A stretch of DNA of 28,037 nt, taken from contig CAWJBB010000047.1 of the NCBI GenBank assembly GCA_963840855.1, forward strand, positions 1 to 28,037, in the 5' to 3' direction. Every line of letters starts with the position of its first letter. The first letter of the stretch is position 1. This DNA comes from an uncultured delta proteobacterium (lineage in GTDB: Bacteria; Desulfobacterota; Binatia; UBA9968). Positions 18,826-26,451 of the stretch are shown in pieces. A program made the translations under genes and the position numbers. Below the pieces are notes generated by a model. It ran no database searches. It saw only the letters and a program-made list of their open reading frames with translations, and was not told the origin of the DNA.

Positions 18826-19821
18826 CTAACAGCCGTAACCGTCCCGGCATTGAATCCCCATCTCTCTCTGCACTTCGCGCAAGAAACTCACGTCTGCGAT
18901 CTGCGCGATGGCGACCTTGTCGGGATCGACGCCCAGACGCGGCGCCGTCTGCTGCAAGTAAACTCTCATGCCCTTCTCGGTAAAACCGCCCGGGTCATTG
19001 GGATACATGAATTGAAGCACTTGGGTAATCGCCTCACGCGCCACCTCCCGGCTGATTTTTAGATCTTTCACCGCGATCTGCGCCGCTTCGTCGGGCCGCT
19101 GGCGAATCAACAACATCGCCCTGAGATGAGCGCGAAGCCAGCGCTTGATTAGATCCGGGTTCTCGCGGATGAGCTTTTCGTTGACCGCCGTTCCCGAAAA
19201 CGGAACCGGAAATACTTCGCCGGAGTGCATCAAGATACGATACCCCTTGCGCACTAACTCGGCGGCGATATCCGGGTTGTTCGCCGCCGCCGCGACTTGC
19301 CCCTGATCCATCGCGATCACCCGTGCTTTAGCGTCGCCGATGGCAATGAACTTGACGTCGCGCAGCGGATCGAGACCGAGCTTGGCGAGAATCAAGCGGG
19401 TCGCCAGATCGTTGGTCGCGCCCGGACTCGAGATGGCGATGGTTTTGCCTTTGAGATCATCCGCCGTGCGTATCTCGGGCCGCACGGTGAACTGAAACGT
19501 CGACGTGTTGTAAATGAAATAGATCGCTTTCAACGGCGCGCCGCGCAGCGCGGCTGTTATGGACGGGCCGGCGACGCCGAAATGCACTTCGTTGGCGATC
19601 AGCGCCGGCACCGAGACCCGCGAGTTCATCACGATGACTTTAAGATCGAGACGCTCGTCGGTAAAGAAACCTCTCGCCCTGGCGACGTAGGTCGGCAAAT
19701 AGCCAAAATCCGGCGTCGAGATCGCCTGATAGGCGGGGATAAGATTCTTCGTCTGCGCGAAGCAAAGGTTGTAATTCAGGCTCGAGAGCACGAGGCCAAT
19801 CGCAATCAGCCGATATTTCAT
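18826..19821 (-). CDS. ABC transporter substrate-binding protein, NMT1/SsuA/TauA family
   Basis: Signal peptide; YLPTYVARARGFF..E.LD; DLKGKTIAISSPG; LGLDPLRDVKFIAIG. Confidence 0.88.
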   Translation of the reverse strand: MKYRLIAIGLVLSSLNYNLCFAQTKNLIPAYQAISTPDFGYLPTYVARARGFFTDERLDLKVIVMNSRVSVPALIANEVHFGVAGPSITAALRGAPLKAIYFIYNTSTFQFTVRPEIRTADDLKGKTIAISSPGATNDLATRLILAKLGLDPLRDVKFIAIGDAKARVIAMDQGQVAAAANNPDIAAELVRKGYRILMHSGEVFPVPFSGTAVNEKLIRENPDLIKRWLRAHLRAMLLIRQRPDEAAQIAVKDLKISREVAREAITQVLQFMYPNDPGGFTEKGMRVYLQQTAPRLGVDPDKVAIAQIADVSFLREVQREMGIQCRDGYGC

Positions 19822-20888
19822 TACTTCGCTCCCGGAAATAATTCGAGATATTTTTTGCCCAGCGCGGCGTAGCGCCGCCCGATATCGAGGGGGTCGGGCA
19901 TGCGCACGTCCAGCCCTTTTAACAGTTGGGTCTCCCGCGCCGCAACCTTTGGATGGGCGGCCATTCGATCATGCGCCACGAGAATTTTTTGGCCTTCCTC
20001 CGAAAGCAAATAATCGATCAGCAGCGCGCCGGCGTGGGGGTGCGGCGCGGTGCGGGTCATAAATAAAAAACTCGGCCGCAGATAGAGAGGTTTGACCGGC
20101 GCGAACCAAACCGGCGCGCCTTGCTGGGACATGCTCAGCACCGAATTCAAGTTGGTCTCGACCGCGAGATCGTACTCGCCCGCGGCAACCAGTTGCGTCA
20201 GCAATCGCCGCCCCCGCACGTGATGTAACTGCTGCTCATTGAGTCCGCGCATCAATTGAGTGACGGCCGTTTCACCCAGCTGTTGCAGCAATGCGCCAAA
20301 CCAGTAGTAAGACTGGCTGTCCATCGCCAGCTTGCCTTTCCAACGCGGGCGAAGAAGATCCTCGAGCCGCTGCGGCACCTCGTCCTTGCCGACCAGACGG
20401 GTATTGTACGCAGGCACGAGAACATTGAGGAGAGTCACATTCCAGAAATTATCCTTGTCGCGAAACGACTCTGGATAGGCGCCGAGCTGCGGCGAGCGGT
20501 AGCGCGCCATCACGCCTTTGTCGATGAGGACGAGAATCCCCAGCTCGCCGCTCATGATCGCATCGGCGGCCAATTTCCCGGCGCGCGCCTCGGCGTCGAC
20601 TCGCGCGATGATCGATGCGCCGGAAAGCCGTCCCACCTGCACATTGACGCCGGGATATTGTTTCATGAAACCGCCTGCCAGCGCATTGGCGACGATCGTG
20701 TCCAGGTTCAGATAGATGACCGCTTCGCCTTCGGCGCGCGCGCCTTCGACCAGGCGCGCCTGTCGCTCTGCGGCGGGTAAGGAATCCAACGCCGACAATT
20801 TCGACTCGCCGACCTGGGCGGACATGGCGGCGCGCGCGGCGACGAAAACGACGAGTATTCCGACGATGAGAACCCGATGGCGTCTCAT
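19821..20888 (-). CDS. ABC transporter extracellular solute-binding protein (Fe3+/AfuA-FbpA-like)
   Basis: Start at ATG 20888 gives signal peptide MRRHRVLIVGILVVFVAARAAMSA; GARAEGEAVIY; EDLLRPRWKGKL; APHPHAGALLIDYLLSEEGQ. Paralog of 9991-11028. Confidence 0.86.
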   Translation of the reverse strand: MRRHRVLIVGILVVFVAARAAMSAQVGESKLSALDSLPAAERQARLVEGARAEGEAVIYLNLDTIVANALAGGFMKQYPGVNVQVGRLSGASIIARVDAEARAGKLAADAIMSGELGILVLIDKGVMARYRSPQLGAYPESFRDKDNFWNVTLLNVLVPAYNTRLVGKDEVPQRLEDLLRPRWKGKLAMDSQSYYWFGALLQQLGETAVTQLMRGLNEQQLHHVRGRRLLTQLVAAGEYDLAVETNLNSVLSMSQQGAPVWFAPVKPLYLRPSFLFMTRTAPHPHAGALLIDYLLSEEGQKILVAHDRMAAHPKVAARETQLLKGLDVRMPDPLDIGRRYAALGKKYLELFPGAK

Positions 20889-20937
20889 GACTTGTGTGCT
20901 ATTTCGCCGTTTGAGATTGACTTGGTTAGCACGGCGC

Positions 20938-20967
20938 ATCATAGGCCAGAACTTTGAGAGGGTGCAA
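20938..20967 (-). promoter_or_regulatory. Putative sigma70 promoter of the minus-strand hydantoinase/carboxylase operon
   Basis: TTGCAC-N18-TATGAT on the minus strand, 50 nt upstream of ATG 20888. Confidence 0.45.
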
Positions 20968-21295
20968 GGTTTTCGCAGATAAACATTGCAAAAGGCCTTA
21001 AACTTACGGCACGGAATAGGTTGGGCTGGATGCACTCTCCATTCACGGCACCGGCGCGACGCTCAGCGACACGATAACACCGCCGCTTGTCGGCCTCCTG
21101 CTGGCAAACCTTTCGTGGCAGACTGCCGCGCAAGTGCAATGATTCCCGACCTCCGAAAAGCGGCAGGCCGGTAGAAAATCGCAATGTCTCATCGCACGAT
21201 CTCTCAGCGTGCTCAAATAGCGAAGGAGCTTGGCATTTGAAAGAAATGCCGGAATCGCGCAATCTTGAGCAAAAAGACGGAACGGATTACGTGGC

Positions 21296-21324
21296 TGGAC
21301 ATGTGACCTATATAGGACTATAAA
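21296..21324 (+). promoter_or_regulatory. Putative leaderless promoter with a palindromic operator for the Phd antitoxin
   Basis: TGGACA-N17-TATAAA ends 6 nt before ATG 21331 and there is no SD sequence. A perfect palindrome CCTATATAGG (21307-21316) lies in the spacer. Confidence 0.55.
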
Positions 21325-21330
21325 CTTGCC

Positions 21331-21584
21331 ATGAAAATCGTTAACGTGGCCCTGCTGAAAGAAAAACTCAGTTACTATCTGAATCTCGTCAAGTCCGGCG
21401 AAGAAATCGTTGTGACCTCGCATCGGCACCGTGTCGCGCGCATTCTCCCCGCGACCGATCCCTCGGCTGAAATCGTAGAACCTACTCGCCCGGTCAATGA
21501 CCTACGGAAAATAAAGGGCATCAAGGGAGACGTTCGGTGTCCGGGGTGAAGTCACTTTTAGACGACCGCCGGCGCCGAAGATAG
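21331..21584 (+). CDS. Phd/YefM family antitoxin (prevent-host-death), orphan; probable C-terminal frameshift
   Basis: MKIVNVALLKEKLSYYLNLVKSGEEIVVTSHRHRVARILP is a classic Phd N-terminus. As read it stops at 21549. Adding one G at AAGGGA (~21525) gives KGIKGRRSVSGVKSLLDDRRRRR* ending at 21584. Confidence 0.8.
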
Positions 21585-21688
21585 ATCATCCCGACCCCAT
21601 ATCGTCCCATAACCTTTGGATGTCGGATTTCCGTCGTTAATTGAAGCGATTGTGAGACAGCGATAGTCTCAAAATCGAAGTGAAGATC

Positions 21689-21868
21689 ATGAAAGCGAGA
21701 CGCAAAAGAAGGGACCCGGAAGTGGTACTGCGGGGAGGAAAGCCGACCGCCGTCATTCTGAGCATCGAAAATGACCAGATCTTCTCGAACGGTGGAAGAG
21801 CAGAAACTCAAGGATGCTCAGCGCGATACGAAGAGGCCATTGAAATTCGCAGCTTTGAAGCACCGTGA
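21689..21868 (+). pseudogene. Degenerate Phd-like type II antitoxin
   Basis: MKARRKRRDPEVVLRGGKPTAVILSIE matches the GKPxAVxxxxE pattern. Shifted frames then give 'DLLER' and 'KRPLKF' fragments, implying several indels. No toxin follows. Confidence 0.5.
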
Positions 21869-21962
21869 ACGCTTGGAACATTCCGATTCCGACTGTTGCC
21901 TCGGGCGATATCTCAATTCAACATTTGGCTCATGTCGAGCATTTAGATTTGCAATTCTGACT

Positions 21963-21983
21963 TTGAACTCTTGAACCTTGAAC
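21963..21983. repeat. Short TTGAAC tandem motif (x3), REP-like
   Basis: TTGAACTCTTGAACCTTGAAC. Confidence 0.5.
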
Positions 21984-22155
21984 CAGCGAAGCCTTGATTG
22001 CCTCATGGCCCACGCCTGTTGATGGATCGACGAATTCCCGGTGTCGCGGAATCCGGCCTGGAGTAGTGCTGCGAAATGCGTTAGCAATTGCCGTAGTGCT
22101 CGGCAAGGAAGATGGTTCAGAAGGATTTTAGATCCAATAGAAGAGCAATAAACGT

Positions 22156-23637
22156 ATGGAGAAACTACTCAAACTAATCTACGACCACGACCTATCAACG
22201 TGGAGCGAGAAAGCAGACGAGGCTTTCAACGAATTGTTCGGAGGCTCGACCGGTCGATACCCAGAGCGGGCTAGGCACGCAGTGCAAATTCGTGCCCCCA
22301 AATTTACTGATGAGAACAATGTTCCGTTCTCCACACTGATAGAACCATCAAATCCAAAGTCGGGACCTTACGGTGGTATGAGTGTCGGTATCTTTCCTGT
22401 AGAAGGTGAGCCCTGTTTAATCACACTCGGAACTGGGACAACCGGCTTGCATCCTGATGAAACTATTCTTGCGAGGCCCGGTCATGCCAGGAAGGCTCAG
22501 GCTATCTGTGAAGCGATCAATCGGCGTGAGAAACGTTTTGCGGCGTGGGCAAAACATGACCCGACACGCACCGACTTGGCAGTGCCTGAAAATGTTGCAA
22601 GTCACTTTGAACCATACGCTGCTCCCCTGAAGCGCTACGGCAAAGACGTTCACGCAATTTATTGTCCAAATCCAGATCGTGCAGCGACAGAGTTCGTACT
22701 GAAAGCATTCCTGGATCTCTATTTTGAGGAACGTGGCTTTGCTCCGCTGAAATCGCAATTGGACAATTACGAGATAATTCGGGCCGAATACTTCCAGTGT
22801 CTAATGCCAGACATCACAACACGCGAAGCAGCGGAACTTCTTTCCGAAAGGGCCTTTGTTGTGCTCGAAGGCCCACCGGGAACGGGCAAGACACGCATGG
22901 CTCTGGAATTGTTGCAGGACCATTATCATGGCCGTGGGCAATCAATTCAGTTTCATCCTAATACTACGTACGAGAATTTTATTGGCGGCTTGGCACCTTC
23001 AGCAACCGGTGGTGACGTGGGCTTTCGGTTCGTGCCAGTCATGGGTGAACTGATGAAAGCTGCCGCAGCAGCTGAAAAGGTTAAGCCCAATCCATACCTT
23101 CTGCACATAGACGAGATCAATCGGGCGGATCTTGCCAAAGTTCTTGGCGAGGCTGTTTTTCTCCTCGAGTATATGGAGGAAAAACCCCGTTCGATTAATC
23201 TGTCACACGATTTTGGTCCACCTTTTTTCAATAGGCTTACATTACCACCCAATCTCCATATTCTCGGAACCATGAATAGCGCTGACCGAAGTATTGCGAT
23301 TGTGGACATTGCCATTCGCCGGCGCTTTGCGTTTGTAAAGCTCTGGCCACAGTTTGCCGTAGTTCAAAATTGTGGGAGCAAGCTAGCTGAGGAGGCATTT
23401 AGACGTTTGCTCTCGATCTTTACGGAATATGCGTCTGATGATGCATTCACGCTAATGCCGGGCCATTCTTATTTCCTACCCAAAGATGGGCAAGACGCCA
23501 CAGCGCTAAAGTCCTTGCGCGTAAATTTGAATCCTCTTTTGGAAGAATATCTTGCGCAGGGCTACGTTACGAGCTTTTCGGATCACATCCGAGGCTACTG
23601 CCAGTGGGTGGAATCTCTAACGGCAGAATCCGAGTGA
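22156..23637 (+). CDS. mcrB: McrB family AAA+ GTPase subunit of a type IV modification-dependent restriction system
   Basis: Walker A GPPGTGKT; IQFHPNTTYENFIGG; Walker B IDEINRADLAKVLGE; McrB signature GTMNSADRSIA..D.AIRRRF; PGHSYF; PLLEEY. Confidence 0.93.
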   Translation: MEKLLKLIYDHDLSTWSEKADEAFNELFGGSTGRYPERARHAVQIRAPKFTDENNVPFSTLIEPSNPKSGPYGGMSVGIFPVEGEPCLITLGTGTTGLHPDETILARPGHARKAQAICEAINRREKRFAAWAKHDPTRTDLAVPENVASHFEPYAAPLKRYGKDVHAIYCPNPDRAATEFVLKAFLDLYFEERGFAPLKSQLDNYEIIRAEYFQCLMPDITTREAAELLSERAFVVLEGPPGTGKTRMALELLQDHYHGRGQSIQFHPNTTYENFIGGLAPSATGGDVGFRFVPVMGELMKAAAAAEKVKPNPYLLHIDEINRADLAKVLGEAVFLLEYMEEKPRSINLSHDFGPPFFNRLTLPPNLHILGTMNSADRSIAIVDIAIRRRFAFVKLWPQFAVVQNCGSKLAEEAFRRLLSIFTEYASDDAFTLMPGHSYFLPKDGQDATALKSLRVNLNPLLEEYLAQGYVTSFSDHIRGYCQWVESLTAESE

Positions 23638-25094
23638 GTCCAGATCTAAGACAACGACGCCGAACCCGACGATCAAACTCTCAATTTCGTCGGATTGAGC
23701 CAACTAAGCTTGAAGCAATTCCGCTCGATGACACATCGAGCACTCGTGTCAATGCCTCAGCAATCACGCGTGCGCACCTGAGTGATCCATCGCGCGAAGC
23801 ACAACTTGCGCACCATTTCATCCAGCAGAACGGACAGACGCTAGCGCAGTTCGGTATTGAGGCGCGAGTCGATTTTGACGGGCATCGTGTTTTCATTGTC
23901 TTTCAGGCGGGCTCACAAATCGGCGCATTTCCGTTAATCTCGCCTATTTCCGGAAAAGCAGAGGTGACGCTCATCGTCCGTCCTCGATTCGGCTGGTCGG
24001 GTTTGGGACGTACTTTAGGAGCCAGTGGTTTCAAGGTCGTTCCACAGATTCTATCACTCCCACTACTGCCGAAGACGGAGCGAGAAATTCCAGACTGGGT
24101 CCTTTCGGCAACAATCCTTCCGCGATTGAAGGCCATGCTTGATCAATTAGCGAGGCGCTTTGAGATCGTTGAAACCGTACGCGCGGCACCTCATGGACAG
24201 GTTAATTGGGGAAGTTACGTAACCGAGAAACTCCCTTTAATGAAGTTTCTCGATGTCCCGTGCCGCTATCCTGATCTCCGCAGCAATCGCGAATTGTACG
24301 CTGCCATCCACTACGTTCTTCGAAAACAACTCGCCTCGCTCGAATCACAACGCCATGCCGGAATGATCGTTATCGAACTAATGAAGATCTGCATGACACT
24401 TCTGCGCTTAGTCGAAGATGTGTCACCGATGCGACCTACACGCAAGCAATTGGATAGTTGGTTTCGAGTGCCGCTTGCTTCGAAATCTTTCGTCGATGGA
24501 TTAAACGCTATTACGTGGAGCACCGAAGAGACTGGCCTGGGAGGATTGACAGATTGGCGGGGGCTGCCATGGGCGATGTCGATGGAGCAATTTTTTGAGG
24601 CGTGGGTAGAAACAGTCTTTCAACGCTTCACAAGACGGTATGGAGGACTGCTTCGTGTCGGACGCCGCCGCGAAACCATTACTCCTATAGCTTGGGAACG
24701 TCCATTCTTGGGATCGCAGAAATTTCTTTTGCCTGATCTTGTTATTGCGCAGGAAGATCGCACGATCTTCGTCGATGCCAAATACAAAGACCACTGGGAA
24801 GCTCTACAGCATCAACGTTGGTCGAATCTGGAAAATGAACTCCGAGAGCGCCACCGTGATGATCTGTTGCAGGTTTTGGCCTACTCGACGCTTTCCGATA
24901 ACAAAGCCACCACAGTATGTCTGGCATATCCCTGTAATGTAGATACATGGGTATCACTTAAGGAGCGCGGGATGGTGAATAACAGGGCCGCCATCTATGC
25001 GGGTAAACGAAAGATCGATTTGGCTATGGTCGCTTTGCCAATGGGTGAGAAAGTTGACGAGTTGGTTACTCAGCTCGGGTCAGCTCTAGCATAG
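23634..25094 (+). CDS. mcrC: McrC family PD-(D/E)XK endonuclease subunit
   Basis: The GTG start overlaps the mcrB TGA (GTGA). It has HGQVNW (McrC 'G.I.W' region), MEQFFEAWV, LPDLVI...FVDAKYK catalytic motif and DLLQVLAY. Confidence 0.87.
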   Translation: MSPDLRQRRRTRRSNSQFRRIEPTKLEAIPLDDTSSTRVNASAITRAHLSDPSREAQLAHHFIQQNGQTLAQFGIEARVDFDGHRVFIVFQAGSQIGAFPLISPISGKAEVTLIVRPRFGWSGLGRTLGASGFKVVPQILSLPLLPKTEREIPDWVLSATILPRLKAMLDQLARRFEIVETVRAAPHGQVNWGSYVTEKLPLMKFLDVPCRYPDLRSNRELYAAIHYVLRKQLASLESQRHAGMIVIELMKICMTLLRLVEDVSPMRPTRKQLDSWFRVPLASKSFVDGLNAITWSTEETGLGGLTDWRGLPWAMSMEQFFEAWVETVFQRFTRRYGGLLRVGRRRETITPIAWERPFLGSQKFLLPDLVIAQEDRTIFVDAKYKDHWEALQHQRWSNLENELRERHRDDLLQVLAYSTLSDNKATTVCLAYPCNVDTWVSLKERGMVNNRAAIYAGKRKIDLAMVALPMGEKVDELVTQLGSALA

Positions 25095-25354
25095 TTAATC
25101 AAGGTACGGTGAAGTTTGTGCCTAATTTGTGCAGATCCGTTGTGAATCGGACGCGCTGTATATAGTTGACACGGGGTCAGGCTATTACGAGTTGACTAGG
25201 CAATGGCATTGGGCCTGGCATTACATTCTTATCAATCTTCGACCTCGTGCGCGTTAAATCCCAGGGAGAATCAATTTTAGATCTCGTAAAGGTCTCGCGC
25301 AGTTAGTTCATGCCCGACGCAGGTCGCCTTTAACTTTAATTGGGAGATCCAATA

Positions 25355-25394
25355 GTTCAAGCCGTTCAACCGCTGCGCTCCGTTCGAGTCGTTC
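25355..25394. repeat. GTTCAA/GTTCG REP-like repeat unit
   Basis: GTTCAAGCCGTTCAACCGCTGCGCTCCGTTCGAGTCGTTC contains four GTTC units. Confidence 0.55.
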
Positions 25395-25444
25395 GGGACT
25401 TTTAGGTTTCGAACCTGTGTAGCCGTATCGAGTTTTTCGTTATC

Positions 25445-25753
25445 CTATTTATCCGTGGCGCGTTCGCGCCAGTAATAAGGTCGTCGCTTTCCGTGGGCGA
25501 CAGCGAGAACTACCGCATCATCGCCGTGCAATTCATAGATTATCGAATAAGGAAATTTGCGAACGATGAGGCGCCGTCTTTGGTCATCAAACTTAGGCCA
25601 GCGCAGAGGATTCTGGGAAATTAGGCGGATGCCGCGATCGATTTCGCTTTCAAAGTTGGAAGCAATGGTTATTCCACGCGCATAGTACCAGGCAAAGGCT
25701 GCAGCATAATCTTCGGACGCACCGGGATGGAATACGACCTTAGCTGCGGCCAC
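25445..25753 (-). CDS. RelE/ParE family type II toxin
   Basis: VVFHPGASED...AFAWY...F..EI......I..NP..WP....RRLIVRKFPYSIIY......VVLAVAHGKRRPYYW is the ParE-like pattern. Confidence 0.9.
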   Translation of the reverse strand: MAAAKVVFHPGASEDYAAAFAWYYARGITIASNFESEIDRGIRLISQNPLRWPKFDDQRRRLIVRKFPYSIIYELHGDDAVVLAVAHGKRRPYYWRERATDK

Positions 25754-25979
25754 GAACTCGCTTTCTAGCCTGCGATTTTACTTCTGCCCAGGGAATAGGT
25801 CGGACGATACCTTCCTTGATCTCGCGAGAACGTCGTTCAACTTCTGCTGCCCACGCAGCGTCGACATTGTTGTCGGTGCCCGGCTCCAAGCTCGCTAATA
25901 GTTCTTCAACGATTTGAAGGCGATCGCTTTCGGCGAGTTTAATTGCGGCGTTGACGATTTCCTTCGCTGGTCGAGTCAT
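25740..25979 (-). CDS. Putative addiction module antitoxin (TIGR02574-type)
   Basis: AIKL.ESDR....EELLASL....VDAAWAAEVERR...I.EG.VRPIPWAEV. Overlaps the toxin start. Confidence 0.88.
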   Translation of the reverse strand: MTRPAKEIVNAAIKLAESDRLQIVEELLASLEPGTDNNVDAAWAAEVERRSREIKEGIVRPIPWAEVKSQARKRVRGRS

Positions 25980-26148
25980 TGTTCAATACCTCTGGGAGTA
26001 GATTTAATACAATGGGCCCCGCATGCGACCACCGGCTTGCGCACGCGGTTAAGAATAACCCTTGGCGCGATAAAAGATCAACCGTGGCAATTGCAGGGGC
26101 GCAGTCCGGGATCGAGGTGACCATATGAACGGTGGTAATAGGCCGCGC

Positions 26149-26394
26149 TCACCAAAGCTCGTTTCCGCTGGGCGGACCGAAATCAACTTCAGCGTGGAAG
26201 TTTTTCCGATTTACCTTCGCGAGAAGTTGCTTGAGAGAGAGTTTCTTTTTTCCAGCGGGTGTGGCGACAATCGTCCCGCCAGAAATCGTTATGTTCAGGA
26301 TCGATCCTTCCTTGATCTTGGCGTCTTTGGCCAGCGGCTTGGCGGGAATCCTTACAGTCAAGCTGTTGTCCCACTTTTGAACTCGAACATGCAT
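26149..26394 (-). CDS. AbrB/MazE family antitoxin, orphan
   Basis: VQKWDNSLTVRIP (KWGNSLAVRIP-like, with G changed to D); LSLKQLLAKV...NFHAEVDFGPPSGNELW is a MazE-type C-terminus. Confidence 0.88.
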   Translation of the reverse strand: MHVRVQKWDNSLTVRIPAKPLAKDAKIKEGSILNITISGGTIVATPAGKKKLSLKQLLAKVNRKNFHAEVDFGPPSGNELW

Positions 26395-26409
26395 CGGCGT
26401 ACCTCAGAC

Positions 26410-26451
26410 TGTATCTGTAAAGGAGTTACAGCGCCACGAAACTAACGTCAA
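26410..26451 (-). promoter_or_regulatory. Putative mazE promoter/operator
   Basis: TTGACG -35 on the minus strand (26451-26446). Palindrome CTGTAA-N5-TTACAG (26415-26431) with an extra TGTATC half-site (26410-26415), reminiscent of the alternating palindrome of mazEF operators. Confidence 0.5.

Noticed and set aside
20889-21035. N-terminal extension of the SBP ORF to 21035
   Set aside because: The signal peptide begins at ATG 20888, and a promoter-like element lies within the extension.
20970-21295. ncRNA, sigma54 promoter or small ORFs in this intergenic region
   Set aside because: Only a short inverted repeat (GGCATTT-N5-AAATGCC) is present. There is no correctly spaced GG-N10-GC consensus I can support and no recognisable RNA family or protein motif.
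23634-23700. Arg-rich McrC N-terminal tail as a novel domain
   Set aside because: It is too short and low-complexity, and the true start codon is uncertain.
22156-25094. LlaJI-type restriction-modification system or CoCoNuT system
   Set aside because: No adjacent methyltransferase, helicase, HEPN or long coiled-coil gene or domain is visible.
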